The notes under the pieces are model-generated. The model made no database searches and was not told the DNA's origin. It saw only the letters and a program-made list of their open reading frames with translations. A DNA stretch of 64,000 bases from Octopus vulgaris (lineage: Eukaryota): positions 2,356,001-2,420,000 of the forward strand of contig OX597840.1 in the NCBI GenBank assembly GCA_951406725.2, given 5' to 3'. The position numbers and the translations under genes are program-made. Shown piece after piece: positions 27,239-41,455 of the stretch (positions within the stretch are counted from its first letter, which is position 1; each line of letters starts with the position of its first letter).

Positions 27239-27632
27239 GAGTGGCTGTGTGGTAAGTAGCTTGCTAACCAACCACATGGTTCTGGATTCAGTCCCACTGC
27301 GTGGCACCTTGGGCGAGTGTCCTCTACTATAGCCTCGGGCCGACCAAAATCTTGTGAGTGGATTTGGTAGACGGAAACTGAAAGAAGCCCGTCGCATATA
27401 TGTATATATGTGTATGTGTGTGTATGTGTTTGTGATTCTGTGTTTGTCCACCAACATCGCTTGACACTCGATGTTGGTGTGTTTATGTCCCCGTCACCTT
27501 GCGGTTCGGCAAAATAACCGAGAGATTAAGTACTAGGCTTACAAAGAATAAGTCGTGGGGTCGATTTGTTCGACTAAAGGCGGTGCTCCAGCATGGCCTC
27601 AGACAAATGACTGAAACAAGTAAAGAGTAAGA
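27239..27632 (+). mobile_element. SINE family A, followed by a diverged family B copy (27635-27785)
   Basis: Homology to the other copies. Confidence 0.9.
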
Positions 27633-27799
27633 AGGCAATCTGGCAGAATCGTTGATCAAATTCTGCCGAGATCACCCTTACTTTTGTATCCTTTCGGGAT
27701 CGATAAAAGTAAGTACCAGTTACTCATTGGGGGTGAATGATATCAACCAGTACCCTCCCTCAAGATTTCAGGCCTTGTGCTGATAGAAGCAACTATTTA

Positions 27800-29958
27800 C
27801 ACATTCTTTCTACATTCCTTCTTTCTTCCTCTCTTTCTATTCGGCATCCTTCTCGTTTGAGGTTTCTTCTAACTCCACTCTTTCGCCTCATTCATTCATT
27901 CCTTCCTTTCTTCTTATGCCCCATTTTCTTGTTCTTCTTCTGAACATTCTTCTTCATTATCCTTCTCTTCTCTTTCTCTTCACTTCTCTTTCTCTTCCTC
28001 CTACCCTTTCTCGTTTTCTACTATTTCCACTTCCCTTCTTTTCCTTCATTCTCCACCTTCGTTCGTTTAATTCCCACTTCGTTCATTTTGTTCCCCTATT
28101 CATGTCATTCTCCTCTCCCCACTTCCTTTATACCTTCTACTCTTCCTTTCTCTCTTTTTTTCCTTATTTTCTTTCCTTCCTTAATTTCTTTCTTCCTTTC
28201 GTTCCTACTTTCTGTCTTGCCTCTCACCTCCTTATTTTCCTTCTATCTTTCCTTCACATCTCTTTCTTTCCTCTTTCTACTTACCACTCTCTCCCTCTCT
28301 CTCTTCTTTTCCCTATCCCTCCTCTGCCCTCACTCTTCCCTCCAATCATTTTTCTATCTCCCTATTCCTCTCCTTCCATTATTTCATCACCTCCCTATAT
28401 CTTTCACTCCTTCACTCGTTCTCTCACTGTCTTTCCTCTCTTGCTCTCTCTCTCTCATTCACTCGCTCCTTTGTCTCTCTTCCTCTCTCTCCTTCTCTCG
28501 TCCCCTACTCCTCTCTCTCTCTCGCTTCTCTCTGCTGTTCCTTCACTCCTCTTTCACCCACTCTCTCTCGTTCCCTCACTCCCCTTCCTCTCTTCCTCTC
28601 TTCCTCTCTTTCTCTCTCTATCTCTCGTTTCCTTACTAAACTTCCTCTCTTCCCCTTTCTCTCTCAATCCCTCACCCCATCCATCTTTCTCTCCCCTCCA
28701 TCCCTCACTCTACTTCTTTTCTTCTTCTCTTCTCTCCTTCATTCACTCGCCTTTCTCTCCTCTGTTCCTCGTTCCCTCACTTCCCTTCCTCTCTGTCTCC
28801 CCCCTTCTCTCTCACCTTCCTCTCTACCACTTTCTGTCTCAATCCCTCACCCCTTCCTTCTTCCTCTCTCCTTCCCCTCTCCTTCCCTCACCCTACTTCT
28901 TCTTTTCTTCGCTTCTCTCCTTCCTTCACTCGCCTTTCTCTCCTCTGTTTCTCGTTCCCTCACTCCTTCCTCTCTTCCCCTTTCTCTCTCAATACATCTC
29001 CCCTTCTATCTTCCTCTCTCCTTCTCCTCTCCTTGCCTCACTCTCCTTCTTTCCTTCGCTTCTCTCCTCTGTTTCTTGTTCCCTCATTCCCCTTCCACTC
29101 TTCCCTTTTCTCTCTTAATACCGCTCTCCTTCTCCTCTTCTTCCCTCATTCTCTTTCTTCTCTTCCTCTCTTCTTCCTTCACTCGCCTTTCTCTCCTCTG
29201 TTTCTCATTCCCCTCACTTCCCTTCATCCCTCTCTCTCCGGTCCTCTCTCCTTCTCTCTCTCTCCCCATCTCACACTCAGCACTTCCCCCACTAACACCA
29301 ATATGAAACGATTTCAATCCAACTTTAATGAACACAGATACTAACGGAAAGAATTAAATCTTAATCTCCTTCCTAATATCTTTCTTTTTGTTTATTTATT
29401 GCTTCATTCTCATAGTTTCAATTTCCTTGATTGTCATCACCATCACAACCACAATTAATATCATTATTATTACCATCATCATCATCATCATCATCGTAAT
29501 TATAATTATTTTTTATTATTCATTACCATCATCATGATTGAAGATTTTAGCATTAAATTCACAAGTCTTTTCTCTTCTTCTTTTTCTTCTTTTTCTTCTT
29601 TTTCTTCTTTTTCTTCTTCTTCTTCTTCTTCTTCTTCTTCTTCTTCTTCTTCTTCTTCTTCTTCTTCTTTTGCCTCTTCTGCTTCTTCTGCTTTTGCTTC
29701 TTCCGTTTCTTCACCTCTTTCTCCTTCATGTTTTCCTTCTTTTCCTTCCTCCTCGTCTTGTTGATTTTCTTCTTCTTCTCCTTTTTCTTCTTTTTCTTCT
29801 GATTATTATTATTAGTATTTTTTTTATTATTTTTATTATTATTATTATTATTATTATTAATTCTTAATCTTTATAATCATCATTATCATTAATGATATTA
29901 GCATTAAACTCAGAATTATCATGACCATCATCATCATTATCATCATCATCATCATGAT

Positions 29959-29996
<38 letters not shown>

Positions 29997-30352
29997 CCAT
30001 CATCAACACCCTCGCCGCCGACATCAGCACTATTGTTAGTTGTAGTATTGTTATTAATACTAATTTTATATCATTTATCATTTTTTATTCCTTATCGTCA
30101 TTATTTGTATTAACGCTATTAGCATTAAAATCAGAATTATTATTATTAGTAATAGTATTATAGCAATTGTTATTACTATTATCGTCACATTTATTATTGA
30201 TAAAACTAAGCCCCTAATATTATTATCATTATTGTCATTATCATAATCATTATTATTGCTATTATTTTTATTATCATTATAATTTTTAATAGTTATTTTT
30301 TCGTAATTATTGTTTTAATCATTGTAATAATAATAATAATAATAATAATAAT

Positions 30353-30383
<31 letters not shown>

Positions 30384-30486
30384 GTAATAATAATAATTAT
30401 TATTATTATTATTGTTGTTGTTATTATTATTATTATTATCATTATTATTACTATTATTATTATTATTATTATTATTATTGTTGTTG

Positions 30487-30524
<38 letters not shown>

Positions 30525-30588
30525 GTTATTATTATTATTATTATTATTGTTGTTGTTATTATTATTATTATTGTTGTTGTTGTTGTTG

Positions 30589-30644
<56 letters not shown>

Positions 30645-30645
30645 T
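27800..30645. repeat. Polypyrimidine low-complexity block plus (CTT)n, (CAT)n and (TTA)n tracts
   Basis: Directly visible. It explains the 400-aa L/S/F/P ORF. Confidence 0.9.
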
Positions 30646-31270
30646 GAAAATCAATACAAGATGGCTGCCGCATCGCAAGTATCAAGAAAAATTGCTCTCC
30701 ACGTTAGTAACAGTGGTAAGCGTCAGAAATATACAACTCCCTTTGTATATCTGTCTGTATACCAGTATTTCTCTCTCTCTCTCCCACCCTCTCTTTCTTT
30801 TCCCTTTCTCTCCCTTTCACCCCCCCTCCACACACACGGACTCTCTGTCACACTAACACAAAAACACTTTCGAACTCACACCATTTTTTCTTCAAAAGTA
30901 ACGATTTTAAAATAAAAAGAAAAACAACGAAAATCAACAGACAATGCAAATATCAAAGGAATATACAAAGCTTCAAGTTTTAACACTTAAATTTTTAGAA
31001 CAGAAGAAAAAACAAATAAGAATAATTAGAGAGATATTAATTTACATGAAGGGAAATAAAGCCTAGATCATCATTATGAACAGCAACAACAGCAGCAGCA
31101 ACTATTTACTAGCGTATTCAGAATGGCGTGGTTCAGCAGGTGTGGCTCAACTTGAGCCATCACATGATAAATGAAACGGTATGGACGAAGTAAGGATCAA
31201 AATTTGTATGTTTTCTGCCCTACGAATAAGTTCTAGGAAGAACAAATGAGAAGATTATCTATACAAGTTG

Positions 31271-31324
<54 letters not shown>

Positions 31325-31694
31325 AGGGAGAAAACGGTATGGACGGATTTTTGGAGTTCAATATTACCCTGTACGCCTATTTGATTTTGAAGATTTCCAA
31401 ACATACTTTCTCAGTGATACTCAATTTACCTACCATTATAAATAATACCAAATGTTCTTTCTTAGACCTTTCATAATGTGATACAAGTCTTTGGTGTAGC
31501 AATTGCATGCGGCTGAAGAGGACTTTAAACTCTCTGTTACGTCGATTATACATTGATGTAAGAATAAGTTGTTTTATAAAGCTCGAAACATGTGTACCGC
31601 GACATCCTTTATGTTCTGTATTTTTTTATTTCATTTGATACACATATATATATATATATATGTATGTATGTATATATATGTACATATACATATA

Positions 31695-32260
31695 TGTACA
31701 AAATCCACTTCTCATTGTAACTTACAATACGGTTGAAAAATGGATCCGTCTGGTTACGGAGAAGAAGCGACGAGCAAATTTCATACCTGCGCATTTCCTG
31801 ATTATCATTCAAATCGTGTGGTACCTATGTTTGATTTTTCGATCGTATGCAAATGTTTGCAGGCAGTTTTCTTGCTGGCTTGTCGTCCTTTTGCCAGTTC
31901 TCCAGCGGTTTTACATGGATCTTTCTCAATGGCGGTCTTTAATTGACCGTCATCAATGACTGATGGGCGTCCACTACGCTCACGATCTTCAAAGCTCACG
32001 TCTCCACTGCGAAATCGTTTAAACCATTTTCAAGGTGACTACTCGCTGGTCATTTCCTCACCAAACATTTCCTTGATATTACGAGCAGTTTCAGCTGCTT
32101 TACGTCCATTTATGAAGTTGGTTAGCAAAATTGCTGCAATATCGCGCTTTGACATTTCCATTTCGAATTTTGTAATAACAGTGAAAAATATCAATGTTAA
32201 TTTACTGATGCATTTGGGCAAGTCTATGTCTGTATTGAGACAATTGCAAAAAAATGTTTA
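31695..32260 (-). mobile_element. Mariner transposase pseudogene, N-terminal half
   Basis: GRKAAETARNIKEMFGE..WFKRFRSGDVSFEDRERSGRPS..*VPHDLNDNQ (WVPHEL motif)..FFNRIVSYNEKWILY. Frameshifted and truncated at a TA tract. Confidence 0.9.
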
Positions 32261-32522
32261 AAAATGTCAAAGTTCTGCAAAAATCAAGTACAAATTCTTC
32301 ATGGTTCAAACCTTTTGCTTCGTTTTTACTCAACTTGATATATGTATATGTATATATATGTGTGTGTTTGTGTATACATATATATATACTCATTATCTTT
32401 TATTAAACTTTTAATAATTTTGATATATATTTAAAATAATATAAATTAATTAATTTTATGTATTGGCTTAAGTTTTTCATTGTTTGATTTGCCTAATAGT
32501 GGTTTTATCTCTAATTTGATAT

Positions 32523-32570
<48 letters not shown>

Positions 32571-32604
32571 TGTGTGCATGTATATAGTTTTTTTCTTTGT
32601 CCTT

Positions 32605-32761
32605 TCATTTCTCAGTTGTTTCAGTCATTTGACTGCGGCCATGCTGGAGCACCAGGATTTATTCTTTGTAAACCTTGTAATTCTTTCATCGATCTCTTGC
32701 CGAAGATGGTGTATGGACAGACGCAGAAACACAAACATACATACATACATACATACATACA

Positions 32762-32792
<31 letters not shown>

Positions 32793-32875
32793 GACGCGCT
32801 TCTTTCAGTTTCCGTCTACCGATTCCACACACCAGGTTTTGGTAGGCCCGAGGTTATAGTAGAAGACACTTGCAA
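32605..32875 (-). mobile_element. SINE family A, internally deleted
   Basis: Tail and body homology. Confidence 0.8.
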
Positions 32876-33452
32876 ATAAGGCATATAAACGGAGTGATTT
32901 TGGTTGTTAAGTCGGAAGAAAAGCAAGGAAAGGCGAAGAGGTGTTGTACCCCATGTTGTCTCATAGACTGGTGCCATTCTAAATGTGTTTCAGGAATTCA
33001 CAATCACCGCAATGCTGATCCGACAGAAAATAAGCTGCTCGAATACTAGGATCACCGGCAGATTATGACCACAGTGCAAGGGTTTCAGAAGTCTTAGAAT
33101 TACACGAAGTTAGAAGTACAAGTTGATGCTTATCTTGTTCTCAGCCTCGCATAAGAGTACATACATAAATCGTAGGCAGCAGACGACCAGAAAACCAGCT
33201 GCGTATTGTCTGCATGAATATTCACGTCCTACTGACTCCAGCAGGCATTCTTGAGCTTTTATTACGTCAAATATTTAGAATCTTATGTCAGGCAGAATGG
33301 TGATGCAGCGGAAAGACTTAGCTGCTAAACATGTGGTTCTCAAAATATATTTAAGATGCTTCTTTCCAGAAAAATAGAAATAAATGATGGTGGCTAGCAG
33401 AATAGCTCCAAAAACAATCAGCAATCCATGGAGTGTGAATAATAAAGTTACT

Positions 33453-34222
33453 TTTTTTTTTCATTGTCCACAAGGGGTTAAACATAGAGGGCACAAACAA
33501 GAACGGACAATGGGATTGAGTAGATTACATCAACCCCAGTGCGTAACTAGCACTTAATTTATCGACTCCGAAAGGATGAAAGGCAAAGTCGACCTCGGCG
33601 GAATTTCAACTCAGAACATAGCGGCATACGAAATACCTATTTCTTTACTACCCACAAGGGGCTAAACAGAGAATGGACAAATAAGGACAGATAAAGGGAT
33701 TGAGTAGATTACATCGACCCCAGTGCGTAACTAGTACTTAATTTATCGACTCCGAAAGGATGAAAGGCAAAGTCGACCTCGGCGGAATTTGAACTCAGAA
33801 GGTAGCGGCAAACGAAATACCTATTTCTTTACTACCCACAAGGGGCTAAACAGAGAGAGGACAAACGGATTAAGTCGATTATATCGACTCCAGTGAGTAT
33901 CTGGTAATTATTTAGTCGACCCCGAAAGGATGAAAGGCAAAGTCGACCTCGGCGGTATTAGAACTCAGAACGTAGCGACAGACGAAATACCTATTTCTTT
34001 ACTACCCACAAGAGGCTAAACACAGAGGGGAAGAACAGGGACAGACAAACGGATTAAGTCGATGATATCGACCCAGTGCGTAACTGGTACTTATTTAATC
34101 GATCCCGAAAGGATCAAAGGCAAAGTTGACCTCGGCGGAATTTGAACTCAGAACGTAACGGCAGACGAAATACCGTTAAGCATTTCGCCCGGCGTGCTAA
34201 CGTTTCTGCCAGCTCGCCGTCT
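33453..34222 (-). mobile_element. SINE family B tetramer (one head plus four 170-185-bp units)
   Basis: gaaatacc junctions at 33630, 33814, 33984 and 34167. Flanked by gaataataaagttact at 33437-33452 and 34234-34249. Confidence 0.9.
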
Positions 34223-34599
34223 TATAATAAAGCGAATAATAAAGTTACTGCTTCCGCAGTTTCCTTTCTCTACCGGTCGCAGCTCTAACAATTGCTTCGT
34301 TCTCAATGCTACAAGCATCAAGAGCCTTCAGTGCCTCATAAAATAATGCATTTTTGATTTGTGCCAAGACAGAATCGTTGAGAGCCTATGAGTAGGATTG
34401 TATACTCAACCTATCGCAGGAATGCGTATGTACGATGTATCCATTTAGAGTAAGATCTATGTATTTTTGAATATGCCCTACGAGGTTCTGTTTTGAGTGT
34501 CCATGGCCGTGTAATTAGTAAAGCCGTTGGAATGCCATTCCCATTGGCCTGGATTGCCATGTGTTTTCGTTTGATGAAGTGTATCAAACGTCGATGGTG

Positions 34600-35790
34600 T
34601 TTTTACAGTTAGAGTTTTTTGTAATTCTGCTGGTGGAGGTTGTAATGGTTTTCGGCATTTTTTGTCTCCTCCAACATCAGTTTCAGTCTTGTGCCACGCT
34701 TTTCGTTTTGTAATTTTTTCCTTCTTCTTTTACCAGGGGTTATTCCCAAACTGTTTTCCTCGCCAGACGAGTTTCCACATTCGGAGAAATCTGCAGCAGG
34801 ATGTGGGAGAGGTATATCTGCACAGTCACACATTTCTTAGCTGATGGTCTGGTCTATATTATGGGTGATGATTCTCTCTGTTGCGATGGCATAGGTGATT
34901 TTATTGTTTTGCTCGGTCGTCGTAACAGTGCTTGCTACTGATATGGTTGAATGGATCTCTCCAGCTACTTCTCCTGTTGCTGTTTTTTGAGATGTTGCTG
35001 CTCCTGACACTGATATTGTTGAGTTGTTGCTGTTGCTACTACTGTTATTTTTGATATCGTTCTCGTTGCGTTAGAGGTGTCTGTAGTAGCGGGTGTTTTC
35101 CTGTTCTTTGCAACAGGCAGGAAGCCTTTACGTGGTTTATCTCGCCAAATATGTGACATTTAGGCTTTCTGTTCTCGACTGCTACAAATAGTTGTTTACC
35201 ATTAGGGTGTGTGATCAGGTCAAGGATAGGTTCAATATCGACCCGATCGGTGTGTATCAATAATTCTATTCCTGTGCCTCACCAATTATCATTTTAGGCA
35301 CTTGGAGAATTATTGCTTTGATTTCTTTACGGTATAATACGGCTTCCACCAGCAAAGAGATGTCCACTTCTGGCGGCACCTCCGCTACCTTCATGTTAAT
35401 CACTCTCTGACCGATGTGTGTCGGAATTATCCACAATTTCCACTTTCGAGGGTTATTGTCGCACATCTTGGACTAATTGTTCAGTTGAGAATCCCACCTC
35501 TACAGTTCCAAAGCATCCCCCACGGGAGAATAAAATTTTATCCCTTAGATTGAACTTAGGCATTTTTCGATCTGGGCCTGCGTCGTTCACTGCAGTTTCT
35601 TGGTTTTTGTTGAAATATATTCGTATATTTTAGTTTTTGGCATCTTACTGTATTCCCTTTGGCGTGTTTAGGGATGCCATTCTTCCATTCTTTGTTAAAT
35701 GCGTTTTCGCGTCACAACGATTTTTCTGACACGTTAGCTTTCTTCATTCTACGATTCGGTTCTGCATAACCGCTCCCATTTTGTTTAGAA
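34600..35790 (-). mobile_element. Decayed LINE ORF1 (L1/Tx1-like, zinc knuckle); possible RT remnant further left at ~33150-33350
   Basis: LFVAVENRKPKCHIFGEINHVKASC is a degenerate CCHC knuckle, with upstream INMKVAEVPPEV. VNIHADNTQL near 33200 resembles YADD. Confidence 0.6.
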
Positions 35791-35835
35791 ATAAGAACTA
35801 CCGCTGTTTTCGTTGTGTTAATGTTTATATAGGGG

Positions 35836-36140
35836 ATGGCAGAGATGGTGGCGGTGGTGTGTGGTGGTGGTTATGATGGTGGTGATGGTGGTGATAGTGG
35901 TGGTGGTAGTGGTGGTGGTGCTGGTGGTGCTGGTGGTGATGGTGGTGATAGTGGTGGTGATGGTGGTGGTGATGGTGGTGGAGGTGGTGGTGGTAGTGGT
36001 GGTGGTGGTGGTGGTAGTGGTGGAGGTGGTGATAGTGGTTTTAATGGTGGATGAGGTTGTGGTGGTGGCGGTAGTGGTAGAGGTGGTGGTGGTGCTGGCG
36101 GCAATGGTAGTCGTGGTTGTGGTGGTGGTGGTGGTGGAGG
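35836..36140. repeat. (GGT)n imperfect tract
   Basis: Directly visible. Confidence 0.9.
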
Positions 36141-36998
36141 TCGTGCTTGGGTCATTTTTTCGTGCTCTTTACTGCTGTAACTGCTTCTCTTGCTACTACT
36201 GTTGTAGATTTTTTTGTTATTTTTGTTGATTGTTGTTGTTGTTATTCTTGTTTCTCATTTACCTCTCAACCATCTCAATTAGTGGTGGGAAAATAACGTC
36301 GTAATGGCAGTTCCAGCAGCCTTCACACCCTCCAATTCTGGAAGCCATGTTAGATTTTGTTTTTGCTATTCCCTTAGCTCATTAAAAGCAGTTGCAAATT
36401 TTCTTCTAACTCAGCTTTCACCTCATTGTTAAATACTGAATCTTCTAAAGATATCCACGAATCTCTGCTTATCCATTGGATTGAAGATGATTTGAAGGAA
36501 TTCTACATGAATTATACCATTTTTCGTACAAAGTATTGTGAATTCTAAGGATGTGAGTATGAATTTTAGACCATTATCCGAGGCTAAGACCCATATCTTG
36601 AATAAAAATCGATGTAATTTTTGTATTGTGAATGAAGTTGTTTCTTTACTCATAATAAAGACATCCGGCTAGTAATATAATCCTTCGGTCGTAATTAAAA
36701 TGTAGTTACCATTATGAGGTCCTGCAAAATCTATGTGTACTCTATTTCATGGTACTTTCGAAACTGTCCAAGGAACGCTTATCTGAATAGGTAATTTTGA
36801 GGGTTTAGCACAATTGCGCACGATTGCACTAGAGATTCGATATGTTTGTCAAGTCACGGCTAGTAAATATAACTTCCTGTTAAAGCCTTCATTCTTGAAA
36901 TTTCTGAGCGATGTGCATGAAATTGGTTAAGTACCGACATTTTCAGACTGTTTGGAATAAGAACACGACTAGCTGTCATGAAACAGTAATCATTCATA

Positions 36999-37427
36999 GA
37001 CGCAGGAGTGGCTGTGTGGTAAGTAGCTTGCTTACCAACCACATGGTTCCGGGTTCAGTCCCACTGCGTGGCAACTTGGGCAAGTGTTTTCTACTATAGC
37101 CTCGGGCCTTGTGAGTGGATTTGGTTTTCTACTATAGCCTCGGGCCTTGTGAGAGGATTTGGTTGATGGAAACTGAAAGAAGCCTGTCGTATATATGTAT
37201 ATATATATTCCAAGAAATCTAATGCTCGTAGCTTAGTTTTTCCTTGGGGCTGGCCGGATCGGAGCGATCTCAAGATTAATCAGCCGAAATTGCGAGGATG
37301 ATCCGGTGTTTGACTGAAGATTGAAGGCTTCGAATGTCCCGTCCGTGTTTTTTTGTATCGTCTTCTAAATGTTTTGCGTTCTTGTCCCAGTTTGTATGTT
37401 TGTATTTTTTTACATATACATATATAC

Positions 37428-37463
<36 letters not shown>

Positions 37464-37641
37464 TTGTCCCCCCAACATCGGTTGACAACCGATGCTGGTG
37501 CTTTTACGTCCCTGTAGCGGTTCGGCAAAAGAGACCGATAGAATAAGTACTGGGCTTACAAAGAATAAGTCCTGGGGTCAAGTTGCTCGATTAAAGGCGG
37601 TGCTCCAGCATGGCCGCAGTCAAATGACTGAAACAAGTAAA
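36999..37641 (+). mobile_element. SINE family A with repeat D inserted in its TA tract (37208-37405)
   Basis: Family A head and tail flank an insert homologous to 55730-55910. Confidence 0.88.
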
Positions 37642-37764
37642 AGACTAAAGACTAAAGAGTAAACAACTGAGAGATGATTCCGTTTCGAATAGAATGACTG
37701 CATGTCTTTAACGCAAACATTTTCTGGCTTACCATATCAATATTTGCTAACTCACAAGTGGCTC

Positions 37765-38404
37765 TCCGTCAGTTGCGAGACGAGGGTTCCGGCTGATCAC
37801 CTCAACGGCGGCGGTGGTGGTGGTGTTGGTGGTGGTGGAGATGGTGGTGGTCGTGGTGGTAGCAGATGTGGTGGTGGTGATGGTGGTGGTCGTGGTGGTT
37901 GTGTTGGTCGTGGTGGAGATGGTGGTGGTCGTGGTGGTGGCTGATGTGGTGGTGGTGATGGTGGTGGTAGAGGTAGTAGTAGTGGTGGGGTGGGGGTGAT
38001 GGTGGTGGTGGAGGTGGTGCTGGTGGTTGTGGTGGTGGTGCTGGTGGTGCTGGTGGTGCCGGGGGTGGCGGCGGCGGCGGCGGCGGTGGTGGTGCTTGTG
38101 GCGGTGGTGGCGGTTTTGGTGCTGGTGCTAGTGCTAGTGGTGGCGGTGGTGCTGGTGGTGCTGGTGGTGGACGTCCACAGACACGCGTACCCTTAACGTA
38201 GTTCTTAGAGACATTCAGCGTGACACAAGATGTGACAAAACTGGCTCTTTAAACTACAGGAACTATTCATTTTTATCAGCGGACTGGAATGGAGCAAGTG
38301 CAATAAAGTTCCTTCCTCAAAGACACAATGCGCTGCCGGAAATTGAACTCATGATCTTACGATCAGGAACCAAACACCCTAACTACTAAGCCACGCGCTT
38401 GCAC
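37765..38404 (-). mobile_element. SINE (CORE-like body, tail T2) split by a (GGT)n tract at 37808-38170
   Basis: Both sides of the tract align to consecutive parts of 43620-43800. Confidence 0.75.
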
Positions 38405-38583
38405 CTATAATAATTGATAACTTCTTGTAAAACAGGCTTACTTAATGTGCCTTGCTTTACCAACTCTAACGTAGCCGGTGAGAATTTGGTTGAATTCATT
38501 AACACTTGGTGGATCTCAACTTCAATATTTGTGTTAGCAACTGCGACGCTGTTTGTCATTGCTGGATATTCGGTTATTAAATG

Positions 38584-38734
38584 CTCTTTTACTCTTTACT
38601 TTTTTACTTGTTTCAGTCATTTGACTGCGACCATGCAGGAGCACCGCCTTTAGTCGAGCAAAATCGACCCCAAGACTTATTCTTTGTAAGCCTTGTACTT
38701 ATTCTATCGTTCACACAAACATACACAAACACAC

Positions 38735-38771
<37 letters not shown>

Positions 38772-38971
38772 ACACATATATATATATATACATATATACA
38801 TATATACGACGGGCTTCTTTCAGTTTCCGTCTACCAAATCCAGTTACAAGGCTTTGGATGGCCCGAGGCTATACTAGAAGACTCTTGCCCATGGTGCCCC
38901 GCAGTGGGATTGAACCCGGAACCATGTGGCTGGAAAGCAAGCTACTTACCACACAGCTACTCCTGCGCCTA
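38584..38971 (-). mobile_element. SINE family A
   Basis: Reverse copy with an internal deletion. Confidence 0.88.
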
Positions 38972-40067
38972 TAAACAAATGTGTACGCAACGGATAAATT
39001 CGGAGCATAATTTATATTGAACTGTATCTCAAAAGCATGGTTGTACAACGTTGCAAACGATTCGCTGTGCATAGCGTTATACCAGGTTTTGTACCAAATA
39101 TTTTGAAGACTGGCTCATAGTCAGTTTGAAAAATCAACATTCTACCATATATCAAGCGATTAAAGTGCCAATGCTTCCTTTTCTATTTGTGAATATTTCT
39201 TTTCAATATTTGATAGACTCTTAGCAGCATGTATAACTTGCTGATATAACTTATCAACGATTTTATGCAAGTGTACTGCTCCTATTCCATAATCTCAGGC
39301 ATCTATAGCAACGATAAGTTCCTTGCTTCAATCAAAGAGAATCAATATCAGATCAGTTGATAATATTTGTTTGTAATTCTCGAATGATTCTTGACATTGC
39401 GGAGACCAATCCCATTTTGCGTTGCTAACAAATGAGTTTAGTAACCTACTTATTCGATGCATGTAAGGTATTAATGAGCTGTAATAACTAACCATTCCTA
39501 AAAAAAAAGAACGTAGTTTAGTTATATCTGTGGGTTGTGGTAAATACTTGACAATTGCCGGGGTTTTTTTTTCAGGATCTTTATTCACGACAAATCGCAA
39601 ATATGCTTATTAAGGAAGAAAAAAATGACCGTTAATCTGGTTTCAGACTAAGACCATATTTATTAATTCGTTTAAAGAGATTACTTAAAGGTTCTTTGTG
39701 TTCAGTTTCAGTTGACGATGCCATGATAACGCCATCGCATTACACAAAGGCTTACAAAAATCTGTAAGCATGATATCCATTAGCTGTTGCAAAATCCCCG
39801 ATTTGCTCTCAATGGTAATTTGTTGTATTGATATAATCCTTTTGATGTATCACCTACAGCTATTTGCAAATATGTTTCTGCTACGTCAAGTTTATAAAAT
39901 CACTACCACCACCATCACCACTATTTCATTTTGCAAATAAGTCTTCGGGTACAGATACTGGATAGCAATGTAGATCTAATGAATGATTAAGCCCCACAGA
40001 GAAATCAGTACCTATACGCCATTTGATTTCTTTTCTTTTGATTTACCTTTGATATTACGGTCAAATT

Positions 40068-40865
40068 TAGCTGGTGATCGAGCAGAATCGTTAGTATACT
40101 GGACAAACTGCTTAGCTGTATTTCGTCTGCCGCTACGTTTTGTGTTTAAATTCCGCCGAGGTCGACTTTGCCTTTCATCCTTTCGGGGTCGATTAAATAA
40201 GTACCAGTTACGCACTGGGGTAGTTATAATCGACTTAATCCCTTTGTCTGTCCTTGTTTGTCCTCTCTGTGTTTAGCCCCTTGTGGGTAATAAAGAAATA
40301 GGTATTTCGTCTGCCATTATGTTCTGAGTTGAAATTCCACCGAGGTAGACTTTGCCTTTCATCCTTTCGGGTTCGATTAAATAAGTACCAGTTACGCACT
40401 GGAGTCGATATAATCGACTTAATCCGTTTGTCTGTCTTTGTTTGTCCCCTCTGAGTTTAGCCCCTTCTGGGTAGTAAAGAAATAGGTATTTCGTCCGTCT
40501 TTATGTTCTGGTTCAAAAGCCAACGGGGTCGACTTTGCCTTTCATCCTTTCGGAGTCGATAAAATAAATTCCAGTTGAGTACTGGGGTCGATTAAATCAG
40601 TTTAGCCCCTTCCTCGACAGTGATGGCCTTTTTACCAAAATTTGAAACCGACATTATATTCAAATTTCGCCGTCTAGCTGGCAGAATCGTTAACACGCAG
40701 GGCAAAATTCTTAAGGGAATTTTGTCCATTTACGTATAAATGCCGTCGGGGTCGACTTTACCTTTCAGCTTTTAGGATTCGATAAAGATCGTACCGGTTG
40801 AATTCTGGCGTCGATTTCATCGATTTAGACCCAGCTCCGAGATTGCTGGTATTGTCCCAAGATTT
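40068..40865 (+). mobile_element. SINE family B trimer (to ~40650) plus an older diverged copy
   Basis: aaagaaata|ggtatttcgtc junctions at ~40300 and ~40485. Confidence 0.87.
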
Positions 40866-41056
40866 GAGACCGATATTACTTCCTAATTTTCTAACCTATC
40901 CAACTCATTTTCAACTAAAGCGCAAGAGGCATAATGTACTCGGCGTTTCGGCTTTAAAACAGCTCTGGTATTGGGTTTAAGATACAAAGATGAAGTAGAT
41001 TTTGTGCATTATCCTAAGACAACTTCAAAAATTTATTCAAATTCTCGCTCACTTGT

Positions 41057-41455
<399 letters not shown>

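Noticed and set aside
27916-29118. 400-aa ORF
   Set aside because: Polypyrimidine low-complexity DNA lacks stop codons by composition, and the product is L/S/F/P-rich with no domain.
33453-34222. Regularly spaced repeats resembling a CRISPR array
   Set aside because: Whole units repeat with no unique spacers, there are no cas genes, and the context is a eukaryotic SINE.
35836-36229. Gly-rich and Pro-rich ORFs
   Set aside because: (GGT)n microsatellite.
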